Part shown: piece after piece, positions 16,078 through 25,449 of the stretch | How the letters are laid out: the number at the start of each line of letters is the position of its first letter | How positions within the stretch are numbered: position 1 is the first letter of the stretch | Assembly: GCA_038065655.1 (NCBI GenBank) | Contig: JBBTQO010000001.1 | Span: 2,517 to 66,516, forward strand | Length of the DNA stretch: 64,000 nucleotides | Direction: 5' to 3' | DNA from: Patescibacteria group bacterium | GTDB lineage: Bacteria > Patescibacteriota > Minisyncoccia > Phycocordibacterales > WO2-35-19 | Position numbers and translations under genes: made by a program | Notes under the pieces: generated by a model | The model's database searches: none | What the model was told of the DNA's origin: nothing | Seen by the model: only the letters and a program-made list of their open reading frames with translations

Positions 16078-16554
16078 TTGGGGTTTATAATGATAGCTTC
16101 AAATATTACTGGTTTTGGTGGGGCATCGTTTGTGCCAAACACCTTACCACCAGAAGTTATAAAAATTAAAGAAACTCTTCCAAGTGACAATAAAAAAATT
16201 GTAACTAAGAAGAATATAACCGTCGAAGAGTATGTGAGAAATTATTTCTCAGACATACCAGTTTTGGTTGAAATCGCTAGATGCGAATCTCGTTTTCGTC
16301 AACATGATAAAGAGGGAGGAGTTTTGCGTGGTGAAGAGAATAATCTTGATCGTGGAGTTATGCAGATCAATGAATACTATCACAACGAAAATTCTGACAA
16401 ACTTGGATATGACATCCTTACTCTAGAAGGGAACACCGCCTACGCTAGACACCTTTTTGAAAAGTATGGTGTCAAGCCTTGGAAGTCCTCTATCAGGTGT
16501 TGGGGGGGGACTGTTGCCTACTCTGAATATAAAGACCTGGCGGTTAACAAGTAA
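16078..16554 (+). CDS. Lysozyme-like / lytic transglycosylase (SLT) domain protein
   Basis: IARCESRF and DRGVMQIN motifs; start codon uncertain. Confidence 0.75.
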   Translation: MGFIMIASNITGFGGASFVPNTLPPEVIKIKETLPSDNKKIVTKKNITVEEYVRNYFSDIPVLVEIARCESRFRQHDKEGGVLRGEENNLDRGVMQINEYYHNENSDKLGYDILTLEGNTAYARHLFEKYGVKPWKSSIRCWGGTVAYSEYKDLAVNK

Positions 16555-16566
16555 AATTAAAAAAGG

Positions 16567-16600
16567 AAAAATAGCTCCTCCAAACGGGGGAGCTGTTTTT
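16567..16600 (+). terminator. Intrinsic terminator
   Basis: aaaatagctcctcc-aaac-gggggagctgtttt. Confidence 0.7.
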
Positions 16601-16670
16601 CTTAGTAAAAGCCAAAGGGCACCTTCTGGGACCGGGGCATTCTGAAGGTGCCCTTTGGCTTTTACTAAGA
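16600..16670. mobile_element. Family A REP doublet (REPIN-like), intergenic
   Basis: Perfect 27-bp IR tcttagtaaaagccaaagggcaccttc with 17-nt spacer. Confidence 0.85.
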
Positions 16671-16776
16671 GATGGTAGGAACGTCGCACAATATATCTTC
16701 GCGACTCAACCAAAGGTTGGGTCGCGAAAGATAACGCCCATTTTTAGAATAAAATAATTATATTAAAAATATTCCC

Positions 16777-17037
16777 CTACTTTAACTTGGCTATGAGATT
16801 TTTTGCAAATTCAGAAACGTAATTCCAGACCCTGATTATGGCCCCGTTGTATTTTTCCCAGCCTTGAGAGCCCAGGCTGTAAAATTGATCCAAGAGCTCC
16901 TTAAATCGGCCTTGGGTCAAGAAACCCACAACATCTATGTTGTATACATATTTTAGAAGCACTAATGCGCCGATAATTATAATAATTATTTGGATAAAAC
17001 CAGTTTTTTTAGGAGATTTTATTTTTTTGTTTTTCAT
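16777..17037 (-). CDS. Small membrane protein, hypothetical
   Basis: 86 aa, basic N-terminus plus GF-led hydrophobic helix. Confidence 0.65.
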   Translation of the reverse strand: MKNKKIKSPKKTGFIQIIIIIIGALVLLKYVYNIDVVGFLTQGRFKELLDQFYSLGSQGWEKYNGAIIRVWNYVSEFAKNLIAKLK

Positions 17038-17064
17038 ATAATTTTAGATATGATTTTTAATTTA

Positions 17065-18363
17065 TTAAAAGTATAACATAGGGTCTAAGTAAGCATTGAT
17101 ACCTGATACCGGGATACTTACATTTTTACAATTAATACTAGAAGAATATTTTTGGATTTGAACTCCTTGACTAGCGTAAAGAGTAAGATGAAGATGAGGT
17201 CCGGTTGAATAGCCAGTTTGGCCGCTGTAACCAATCACCTCTCCGGTTACAACTTTTTGGCCAGCTACTACCTTAATTAAATCAAGATGACCGTAAAGAG
17301 TTGATAAACCATTTGGATGCTCTACTAAAACCCATTTACCATATGAATAGCACCCTTTTTGTTCGTCTGTGTTGCCGGTGCCAATTACGGTTCCATTAAG
17401 AGCTGCTTTAACTGGAGTGCCACGACTCGCTCTAAAATCAATTCCATTGTGAGTACCTGATGTGTAGAGGCGTTTAGCATCAATTGTTTTACCAAAATAT
17501 TGAGTGATAAAGACATTGTCCAATGGCCACGAAAGGATACCTTTACCAGAAGAAGGATAGCTATTTGGGTCAATGGCTCTTTTGAGTTGAGATTCAAATA
17601 AGAAAAGTTCTTTCTCAAATCTCTCCTTTTCCGCTTGCCTATCGGTTAACATTTTTTTGTATTCCGTCTCTTTATTTTTGGTAGTGGTTAACAGAGTACT
17701 TTTTTCTTTTTTATTTACATCTAAAATTTTGTTTTGGTCACCAAGCTCTGATTTAAAAAAAACTAATTTGTTTTTTTCTGTTTCGCTGACAGCTTTTTTA
17801 TTAAATAATTCATTTCTATAAATTTCAAGCTCTTTTGATTGGGCCCTTACTTTTTGCTGAAATTGGCCGATTGATTCATATTCATCTAAAACATCAGCTA
17901 AACTCTTGTTGGTTAAAAAACTTTCAATAAGTGATTCATCATCTTTTTGTCGCATATCGCCTAGAATTTTTGAGATAGCTAAAACATTAGATTCTATTTT
18001 TTTTTCCATGTCCCCTATTTCGCTACCGAGATTTTTAATGGTCAGGTTAGTTTTTTGGATATTAGTTTCGGTTTTCTTTATTTCTGTACCAATTTTTTGT
18101 TTGTTGATGTCAAGAACTTTTATAGCATTCTGTAGAGTTTTAGTCTCTCCGCCAACAACCTCAATTTGTTTTTCATAAACTTTTATTTCTGCGTCAAGTT
18201 GTTTAATTTTATCATTGTGACCTTCGATATTTTGTTTTATTTGGTCTACCGATTGAGCATTAGCATAATATCCTATGATAATAATAAATCCGATAAGTCC
18301 CACAAGACAAATTTGACTTATAAGTTTAATGTGGTTTATTTTTTTAAAGTGTTTGTATGGCAT
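17065..18363 (-). CDS. M23 peptidase with coiled coil (EnvC-like murein hydrolase)
   Basis: HNGID, YGHL, STGPHLH. Confidence 0.9.
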   Translation of the reverse strand: MPYKHFKKINHIKLISQICLVGLIGFIIIIGYYANAQSVDQIKQNIEGHNDKIKQLDAEIKVYEKQIEVVGGETKTLQNAIKVLDINKQKIGTEIKKTETNIQKTNLTIKNLGSEIGDMEKKIESNVLAISKILGDMRQKDDESLIESFLTNKSLADVLDEYESIGQFQQKVRAQSKELEIYRNELFNKKAVSETEKNKLVFFKSELGDQNKILDVNKKEKSTLLTTTKNKETEYKKMLTDRQAEKERFEKELFLFESQLKRAIDPNSYPSSGKGILSWPLDNVFITQYFGKTIDAKRLYTSGTHNGIDFRASRGTPVKAALNGTVIGTGNTDEQKGCYSYGKWVLVEHPNGLSTLYGHLDLIKVVAGQKVVTGEVIGYSGQTGYSTGPHLHLTLYASQGVQIQKYSSSINCKNVSIPVSGINAYLDPMLYF

Positions 18364-19705
18364 TTTTAATTCTATTTATTACTTCTGGTATGCCAAGTAT
18401 TTCAATAAGTGTAAATGGATCTGGCGACTTTTCTCTGCCTGATAGGGCATAGCGTAATGGCCAAAGTACCTCCCCTTTCCCTTCTTTTTCCGCCAACTTC
18501 CAAATTTCTTCTTTTATTTTTTCATAATCTTTCTCATCCATAATACTTAATACTTCTTCCGTAATACTTTTAGCCTTTTCTTTGCCTTCTCCTTTCCAGC
18601 ATATCTTGTTAGTCTCTAAAACTGGTTTTTCAAAAAAATAATCGTATTCTCCCATTTCTACTAATTCTTTTACCTCTCCCCATCTATGAATCTTGTCCAA
18701 AAATAGTTTTAGAAGTTTTTGCATAAATACCTCATCTTTTGTTTTTTCACTACCTCCCCATTTAGTTTTTGAAAATTCTGAATTAAAATTTTCAAATTTC
18801 TCTTTATCTGAAAGATGAAGAATATATTCACGGTTTAACCAATCGAGTTTCTCTACATTAAAAATTGCTCCCTTTTTTTGAACTTTTTTAATATCAAATA
18901 TTTTGATGAGTTCTGTCATACTAAATATTTCCTGGTCTATCCCCGGATTCCAGCCAACCATAGCCAAAAAATTTTTAATCGCTTCTGGCAAATATCCTTT
19001 TTCTCGATAATAAGAAACCGAAACTTGTTCGCCGTGCTTCCTTTTTGAAAGTTTTGTTTTGTCCGGCGCTAATATTAATGGCAAGTGGGCATAAATTGGT
19101 CGAGGAGCGCCAATTGCTTCTTGGATAAGGATTTGTCTAGGAGTATTGGAAATGCCATCATCGCCTCTGATAACATAATTTACCCCCATTTCAAAATCAT
19201 CTATGACCACTGCTAAGTGATATACGGGCTCTTCTAAACTTTTGGCAATAACAAAATCCTTGAGTTCGGTAGTATCAAACTCAATATCACCCCTTATAAG
19301 ATCATTAAATACTATTTTTTTGTTTGGATTTCTAAATCTAATAACTTGCCCCGAGCTTGTCGAATAGGCTTCATCATTTTCATCTTTTCTCTCTTCGGCT
19401 AAATAAGCTTTATCTTCGCTTATTAGTTTCTCCAAGTATTTTTTATAAATTTCGCTTCTTTCAGATTGCTTAACAGTTGTAGCAAAATCTGGCTCGATAC
19501 CAAGCCATTTTAAATTTTCTATTATATCGTTCGCATATTCCTTCTTAGATCTTTCTTTATCGGTGTCTTCTAGTCTAAAAACTATTTGGCCGTCATTCTG
19601 TTTGGCAAAAAGATAGTTGAAAAGAAAGGTTCTAGCGTTACCGATATGAAATAGCCCGGTTGGACTTGGTGGAAATCGTACCACCACTTTTTCTTTGTTT
19701 TCCAT
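18344..19705 (-). CDS. gltX: Glutamate--tRNA ligase
   Basis: RFPPSPTG..HIGNARTFLFN, KLSKR. Confidence 0.95.
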   Translation of the reverse strand: MENKEKVVVRFPPSPTGLFHIGNARTFLFNYLFAKQNDGQIVFRLEDTDKERSKKEYANDIIENLKWLGIEPDFATTVKQSERSEIYKKYLEKLISEDKAYLAEERKDENDEAYSTSSGQVIRFRNPNKKIVFNDLIRGDIEFDTTELKDFVIAKSLEEPVYHLAVVIDDFEMGVNYVIRGDDGISNTPRQILIQEAIGAPRPIYAHLPLILAPDKTKLSKRKHGEQVSVSYYREKGYLPEAIKNFLAMVGWNPGIDQEIFSMTELIKIFDIKKVQKKGAIFNVEKLDWLNREYILHLSDKEKFENFNSEFSKTKWGGSEKTKDEVFMQKLLKLFLDKIHRWGEVKELVEMGEYDYFFEKPVLETNKICWKGEGKEKAKSITEEVLSIMDEKDYEKIKEEIWKLAEKEGKGEVLWPLRYALSGREKSPDPFTLIEILGIPEVINRIKNAIQTL

Positions 19706-19775
19706 AGGGCTATTATAACAGAAAATCGAATTCTGAGGATGGATAATTAAAAATCAAAATAGCTAAGATAATATA

Positions 19776-20909
19776 TTATCCTAAATTCTCGTGAGAAAGA
19801 ACGATGGAAAGTAGTTCGTGGGCGATGGTATCACTGGCACCGGGCTTGAAGAAATTTTTAGCTCCTTCTATCATTTTTCCACTGATTTCTTTACTTTCTA
19901 TTATTCTTTTTATTTCAGTCAACAAGATGTTTGGTTTCAGATTTTCTTCTTGAATAACAGAACAAGCTCCAATCTTGGCATAGGTAAAAGCATTTTTCAC
20001 TTGATGATTTCCGTTAGAATTGGTAATCGGAATTATGATGGCAGGTTTGCCCCAAGAAGCAATTTCAAATATAGTCGAACCGGCCCTGCTAATAATTAGA
20101 TTTGCTACACCGGCGGCCATTCTCATTTCAAGACCATTTAGATAAGCAAAAGGTTTATATCTAGCTCTGTGCTGATTTTCTAAAAGTATGGCGGCGGCCG
20201 ACTCTTTCATTATTTCAATATTAGCCTGGCCCGTTTGATGTATTATTTGAAAACTTTTAACTAAGTCTGGTAGGATATCTAAAATGGCATTATTAATAAA
20301 TTCGGCGCCTTGAGATCCGCCCATAATAAATAAAGTAGGAATAGTTTGATTAAAGCCAAAAAATTCAGTGGCGCTATTGGTAATAGGGGTAAGTCGTTCT
20401 TCTAAAATTGGTTGACCGGTATGAATAGTTCTGTCTTCCTTAAAAAAGGGAAAGGCTTCTTTGTAGGAAATTCCAACTCTAGTGGCAAATTTACCGGCCC
20501 ATTTGTTGGCTTTACCGGGAACAGAATCTGATTCATGTATGAATACGGGAATACGCAAAATGCGAGCGGCTAAAACAGTCGGGAAACTACCAAAACCTCC
20601 TTTGCTAAATACCACATCAGGATAGATGTCAAAAACATCTAAAAGAGCGCCAATCACCCCCCAAGCAGTTTTAAACAGATCAAAAAAATTTAAAATAGAA
20701 AAATATCTACGGATTTTGCCGGCAGTCACTTTTTTAAATTTGATATTGTGGTCGTAAAGCAGACCCTGATTATATGGAGCGGGTGCAAAAAAATACATTT
20801 CTGGCGTTATCAGTTTTTTTTCTTTAGCTATTTTTTGGATTGATTCAATAATAGCAATAATCGGATAAAAATGTCCGCCTGTTCCCCCGCCTGTAAAAAT
20901 TATTTTCAT
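19776..20909 (-). CDS. murG: MurG glycosyltransferase
   Basis: TGGGTGGHFYP, GGSQGA, ISRAG. Confidence 0.95.
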   Translation of the reverse strand: MKIIFTGGGTGGHFYPIIAIIESIQKIAKEKKLITPEMYFFAPAPYNQGLLYDHNIKFKKVTAGKIRRYFSILNFFDLFKTAWGVIGALLDVFDIYPDVVFSKGGFGSFPTVLAARILRIPVFIHESDSVPGKANKWAGKFATRVGISYKEAFPFFKEDRTIHTGQPILEERLTPITNSATEFFGFNQTIPTLFIMGGSQGAEFINNAILDILPDLVKSFQIIHQTGQANIEIMKESAAAILLENQHRARYKPFAYLNGLEMRMAAGVANLIISRAGSTIFEIASWGKPAIIIPITNSNGNHQVKNAFTYAKIGACSVIQEENLKPNILLTEIKRIIESKEISGKMIEGAKNFFKPGASDTIAHELLSIVLSHENLG

Positions 20910-20945
20910 ATTGTTAAAATTTTCAATTTTAAATTAAAAATTCTG

Positions 20946-22055
20946 CTACCCCTTTGACCTTGCATATCTAGATATATTCATTACTATTCCGACTTCGACT
21001 AAAGTAATGAAAAGAGCGGTTCCACCGTGACTAACAAAGGGCAGGGGTATGCCAGTCAAGGGTAAAACGCCAATCATCCCACCTATATTTACAAAAGCCT
21101 GAGACACTATCATTATAACAATTCCCAGGGCCAAGAGTCTACCAAAATGGTCATTAGAATTTGAAGCTATTTTTAGACCTTCCAAACCAAACATTATGAA
21201 GAGAGCAATAATAATAAAGGCGCCAACAAAACCAAACTCTTCGGCGGCTACTGCAAAAACCGAATCCCCCACTGGTTCTGGCAGGTAGCGAAACTTCTGA
21301 ATACTTTGGCCAAATCCCCTACCCCAAATCTGACCAGAACCGACGGCGATAAGTGATTGATTGAGTTGATAACCACTAGTTTGATTGTTGGCCGATGGGT
21401 CGAGCATCACTTGGATTCTTTGTTTTATGTAAGGTCTGGTGAAATAAAGGATCACTAAAATGGCCGCACCGGCAACTAGTATTGTTAAGATATGACGCCA
21501 TTTAGCGCCAGAGGCAATATACATTGATAAAGCAGCAAAAAGAATTACCGCAAAAGTATCTGTATCTGGTTGAGCCAACAAAATTACTCCGAGTATTCCA
21601 ATGAATATTCCGAAAGGCAAAAGTCCCCAAGAAAAAGTGCCCACTTTATTTTTGATTCCAGAAAGCCAAGCGGCAAAATAGGCAATAAAGGCAATTTTTA
21701 AAATTTCAGCGGGCTGAAAAGAAATAAAACCTAAATTAATCCAACGCTTAGCGCCACCGTGCTCTATCCCAATACCGGGCACAAAAACCAAAAGAGTTAA
21801 AACAATAGCACCTATCAAAAAAACAAAAGAATATTTTTTCCAAACGTGGTAATCAATTTTGGCAAAAATAAGACAAGCAATCGAACCCAAAAATAATCCG
21901 TAGAAAATTTGATTGAAAGCGACATTGGAAAATTTGACTTCGTCTCTCGCTAAAACTCCGAGTGAGGCAGAACTAAAAATAAAAAAACCAATCACAATCA
22001 AAGTGATTGTCCACGCTAAAAAAGGTCGACTTATTTTCCCGAGTCTGGTTGCCAT
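20946..22055 (-). CDS. ftsW: SEDS peptidoglycan polymerase FtsW
   Basis: GAKRWI, FQPAE, TGIPLPFVSHGG. Confidence 0.9.
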   Translation of the reverse strand: MATRLGKISRPFLAWTITLIVIGFFIFSSASLGVLARDEVKFSNVAFNQIFYGLFLGSIACLIFAKIDYHVWKKYSFVFLIGAIVLTLLVFVPGIGIEHGGAKRWINLGFISFQPAEILKIAFIAYFAAWLSGIKNKVGTFSWGLLPFGIFIGILGVILLAQPDTDTFAVILFAALSMYIASGAKWRHILTILVAGAAILVILYFTRPYIKQRIQVMLDPSANNQTSGYQLNQSLIAVGSGQIWGRGFGQSIQKFRYLPEPVGDSVFAVAAEEFGFVGAFIIIALFIMFGLEGLKIASNSNDHFGRLLALGIVIMIVSQAFVNIGGMIGVLPLTGIPLPFVSHGGTALFITLVEVGIVMNISRYARSKG

Positions 22056-22083
22056 ATAAACATTTTAGCATATGTTTTCTTGG

Positions 22084-23157
22084 CTACCCAATTAAAGCTA
22101 AAGTGATGCCGAGGAGGGCGCAGACAAGGGAGAAAATCCAGTAACGCATAGTGACTTTATAAGCGGGCCAACCAATGGCTTCAAAATGGTGGTGTAAGGG
22201 TGCTACCAAAAATACTTTCTTGCCTCTTATTTTTTTAGATATGACCTGAATAATGTTGGATAAAACAGTGATAACTAAAGGCAAAGCGATAACTGGTAAA
22301 ACCAAAAGACCATAACCTTCTCCTAATCTATCGGTCATAAAAGCAACAACCGTCAAAGTAATGGTCAAGCCCATTGTTCCCGTCTCAGACATATAAAATC
22401 TGGCCGGTGGAATATTAAACCAAAGAAAGGCCAAAATACCTCCAGTAACAGTGGCACAAAAGGCTGCCAAGTCTATTTGTTGTTGATAAAAAGCGATACC
22501 GGCATAAGCAGCAAACATAGTGGCAAAAACGCCGCCAGCCAAACCATCGAGCCCGTCAATCACTCCCCCTGCATAAATAAAAAGTGCGGTTCCTAAAAAT
22601 AATAAAATAAAAATCGGTCCAAGATAAAGTTCTCCCCCGTTTAAGCCAAATGGGAGGCCGATACTGACAACATCTAGTTTTATAAAAAACCACCAAGCGC
22701 AGGCTAAAGCAATTATTGAAACTATTGATAAACGTATTCTCAGCGATAGACCTCCGCCATTAGTAGAACCTTTTATTTCTAAATAATCATCAATGAGTCC
22801 TGCTAATGCGCCGAGTATTAATGTAGCCAATGGTACCCAAGTTTGGCTTCGAGAAAGAAAATCGAGTTTGATGGTTGATTCGGTTGGTATTAAATAAGAA
22901 AGAGCCCAAATCAAAAACATCATTAGCCCAGCGCTAAACCAAATAATAACGCCACCCATTCTCGGAGTGTTTATTTCTTTTTCCTTATGAAGTTCATTAA
23001 AAATTTTGGCCTCAGTGCCATCAAGAGCCGTCTTGCCACTTTTCTTTTTCCACATCTGATGGGAATAAAGATAATTGGTCAAAATTGGCGTTAGCAAAAC
23101 TCCGAGCACGAACGCCCCCACCGCTGGCAAAAAAACTTTTACAATATCTATCATCAT
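22084..23157 (-). CDS. mraY: Phospho-N-acetylmuramoyl-pentapeptide transferase
   Basis: TPRMGG, DGLDGL, APLHHHFE. Confidence 0.93.
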   Translation of the reverse strand: MMIDIVKVFLPAVGAFVLGVLLTPILTNYLYSHQMWKKKSGKTALDGTEAKIFNELHKEKEINTPRMGGVIIWFSAGLMMFLIWALSYLIPTESTIKLDFLSRSQTWVPLATLILGALAGLIDDYLEIKGSTNGGGLSLRIRLSIVSIIALACAWWFFIKLDVVSIGLPFGLNGGELYLGPIFILLFLGTALFIYAGGVIDGLDGLAGGVFATMFAAYAGIAFYQQQIDLAAFCATVTGGILAFLWFNIPPARFYMSETGTMGLTITLTVVAFMTDRLGEGYGLLVLPVIALPLVITVLSNIIQVISKKIRGKKVFLVAPLHHHFEAIGWPAYKVTMRYWIFSLVCALLGITLALIG

Positions 23158-23178
23158 AAATTTAAATTATACTACTTT

Positions 23179-24153
23179 TTATTTCTCTTGTTGAATATAT
23201 TTTAAACTTGAATCTACTAATTTCAAAGCATCGGTGAAGCGACCATCTGCGGAAGAACCAAGAATAGAGACAATAATGGGGCGGCCAAGCCCGGCATCAA
23301 AAGCAATAACTAAATTACCGCCAGCCAAATCGGTGTAGCCGGTTTTGGAGGCGATAAGGTTTGGTATTTGATCGACGAAATCGTTGGTGTTTGTGGCAGA
23401 GTAAACTTTTTCGGCACTTTTGAATTCCAAATTTTTATAACGAGTGGCCTCTAACATTTCGGGAAAATTTTTAAGCGTGTATTCAAAAAGGAGTGCCGTA
23501 TCTTTGGCCGAGCCATAGGCGCCCCCCCTATCAACCGTCCTATCTAAACCGTGCTCATTAAAAAATCTACTATTAGAAAGACCGATTTCAGATGCGGTAT
23601 TGTTCATTTCTTCTATAAATTTATTTCTCAAATCTTCATTTTTTAGAGTATTATTTTCAAATGCGTTTTCTTTGGCCTCAGCCACTGCCGCCAAAGCAAA
23701 AGCGCCATCATTGGACGAAGTGAGTAGTGTAAAATCCCTTAAATCATTTGCTTGCCAAATGTCGCCTACTACTAATTTTGAGTCCCCTTCTGGCTCTAAA
23801 TATTCTTGCAAAATTTCTATATTGGAGGAATTTGGAAATTTGGAAATTATTACTAACGCCGTCATCACCTTGGTTAGTGAAGCCAAAGGCAAAGAGATAT
23901 CAGCATCTTTAGAAAATAATTCTCTATTATTTATCACATCCCAAACTACGGCGCTTTTAGCTTCTAACATTATTTCTTGGAATGGGTTTGGTTTTTTAGT
24001 CGCTAGGTCATTTTTTCTTCCCATCAAAGATTTTTGACCAATAATCAAAAGACCGAAAACTATGGCCGAGGCAATAAAAAGAAAAACAAGAACATTAATA
24101 AAATATTTTGTTCTTTTTTCCATTTCAAAAAATTTTTTTGAATTATTCCACAT
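23179..24153 (-). CDS. D-alanyl-D-alanine carboxypeptidase (S11)
   Basis: ASLTK (SxxK), SSN, KTG; start about 24153. Confidence 0.88.
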   Translation of the reverse strand: MWNNSKKFFEMEKRTKYFINVLVFLFIASAIVFGLLIIGQKSLMGRKNDLATKKPNPFQEIMLEAKSAVVWDVINNRELFSKDADISLPLASLTKVMTALVIISKFPNSSNIEILQEYLEPEGDSKLVVGDIWQANDLRDFTLLTSSNDGAFALAAVAEAKENAFENNTLKNEDLRNKFIEEMNNTASEIGLSNSRFFNEHGLDRTVDRGGAYGSAKDTALLFEYTLKNFPEMLEATRYKNLEFKSAEKVYSATNTNDFVDQIPNLIASKTGYTDLAGGNLVIAFDAGLGRPIIVSILGSSADGRFTDALKLVDSSLKYIQQEK

Positions 24154-24685
24154 TTTCTTTTTCTGTGTTTCCTGCTTCTTTAATTTTATTTTTAAACATT
24201 TCAAACTCCGGCAACTCTCTTATTGTTTTTAAACCTAAATGAGCTAAAAGAGATAAACTGCCTTTGTACTTAAAAATTCTCTGATCCTTAGAATCTAGCT
24301 CTCTTTCAACCAATCCTCGGATACAAAGATTTCGCAATATAAAAGTCGAATTGACTCCCCTCACATAATCAATCTCTCTTCTGGTTACAGGCCCATTATA
24401 TAGTATAATCGCCAATGTTTCCAAGCTCGCTTTACCTATTTCTTTGCTCATTTCATCTCTAGCGATTCCTTCAATTAAGTCTTTTACGCCTTCCGCGGTC
24501 GCCAAACTTACCTCTTCTTCAGTTTTTATTAAACAAATTCCTCTACCTTCTAATGATTCTGTCAAATTTTTTAGGGCTTCCTCAATTTCTGATTCTTTTA
24601 CATCTAGCAACTGTGAAAGTTTTTTTATTTCTAAAGGCTCATTTTTGTAAAAAAGCACCGCTTCTATTTTTTGTTCTAAATTCAT
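24143..24685 (-). CDS. scpB: Segregation/condensation protein B
   Basis: IEAVLF...LETLAIILYNGPVTRREIDYVRGV. Confidence 0.92.
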   Translation of the reverse strand: MNLEQKIEAVLFYKNEPLEIKKLSQLLDVKESEIEEALKNLTESLEGRGICLIKTEEEVSLATAEGVKDLIEGIARDEMSKEIGKASLETLAIILYNGPVTRREIDYVRGVNSTFILRNLCIRGLVERELDSKDQRIFKYKGSLSLLAHLGLKTIRELPEFEMFKNKIKEAGNTEKENVE

Positions 24686-24695
24686 AATTTAAAAA

Positions 24696-25448
24696 TTAAT
24701 AATTAGGTGTTCCCAATTCTTCTGATTCTATCTCTATATCTTTGAAGTGTTCCTCTTGACTAGCCCGTACTGCTCCTCGCTTTACCAATTCTAACATAGC
24801 CAGAAAGCCAACAATTATGTTAATTTTCTCTTCCTTCTCCATGCCAGCCCGCCCTGAGCTTGTCGAATGGGAAAAATTCTTAAAACTCATTTTAATACTG
24901 GTTTTTATTCTTTCTGTTAATTTATCAATCATCTCCTCCAAACTTATTATTTTCTGGACTACAACCTTTGGCAACTTCTCTATTTTTTGAGGCATATTTT
25001 TTAATACTTCAGCTAAGGCGCTCTTAAGAGAAGATAAAGAAATATCCGATGTTGGCGAAAAAACAACATTTGCTTTTTTATTTTCCCTAGCAAAATATAA
25101 AAAATTACCAAATATTTTACTTAAACCTCCGGACAATTCCTTATATTTTTTGTAGGAAATTAGGCGGCTTTCTAAATCTTCAATGCTCCCTTGTTCCTCT
25201 TCAGTGAGGGGAAGATTGGGCAGAAGTGATTTTGATTTTATGAGAAGCAAAGTAGAAGCGACCAAAATAAAATCAGCCGAATCAGACATAGGGAATTCTT
25301 CAAATGACTTTATATGTTCAATAAATTCATCAGCGACTTGCGAGAGTGAGAGGTCGCTGATGTGGAGTTTCCTTTTTTCAATTAAGTCCAAGACTAGCTC
25401 CAAAGGTCCTTCAAAATCCCCCACTTTAACTTTGAAATCTTCCGGCAT
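24696..25448 (-). CDS. scpA: Segregation/condensation protein A
   Basis: FEGPLELVLDLI...FLAMLELVK. Confidence 0.92.
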   Translation of the reverse strand: MPEDFKVKVGDFEGPLELVLDLIEKRKLHISDLSLSQVADEFIEHIKSFEEFPMSDSADFILVASTLLLIKSKSLLPNLPLTEEEQGSIEDLESRLISYKKYKELSGGLSKIFGNFLYFARENKKANVVFSPTSDISLSSLKSALAEVLKNMPQKIEKLPKVVVQKIISLEEMIDKLTERIKTSIKMSFKNFSHSTSSGRAGMEKEEKINIIVGFLAMLELVKRGAVRASQEEHFKDIEIESEELGTPNY

Positions 25449-25449
25449 T

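Noticed and set aside
16423-16713. 96-aa ORF sharing a peptide with LepA
   Set aside because: Shadow ORF across the REP doublet; the similarity is at the DNA repeat level
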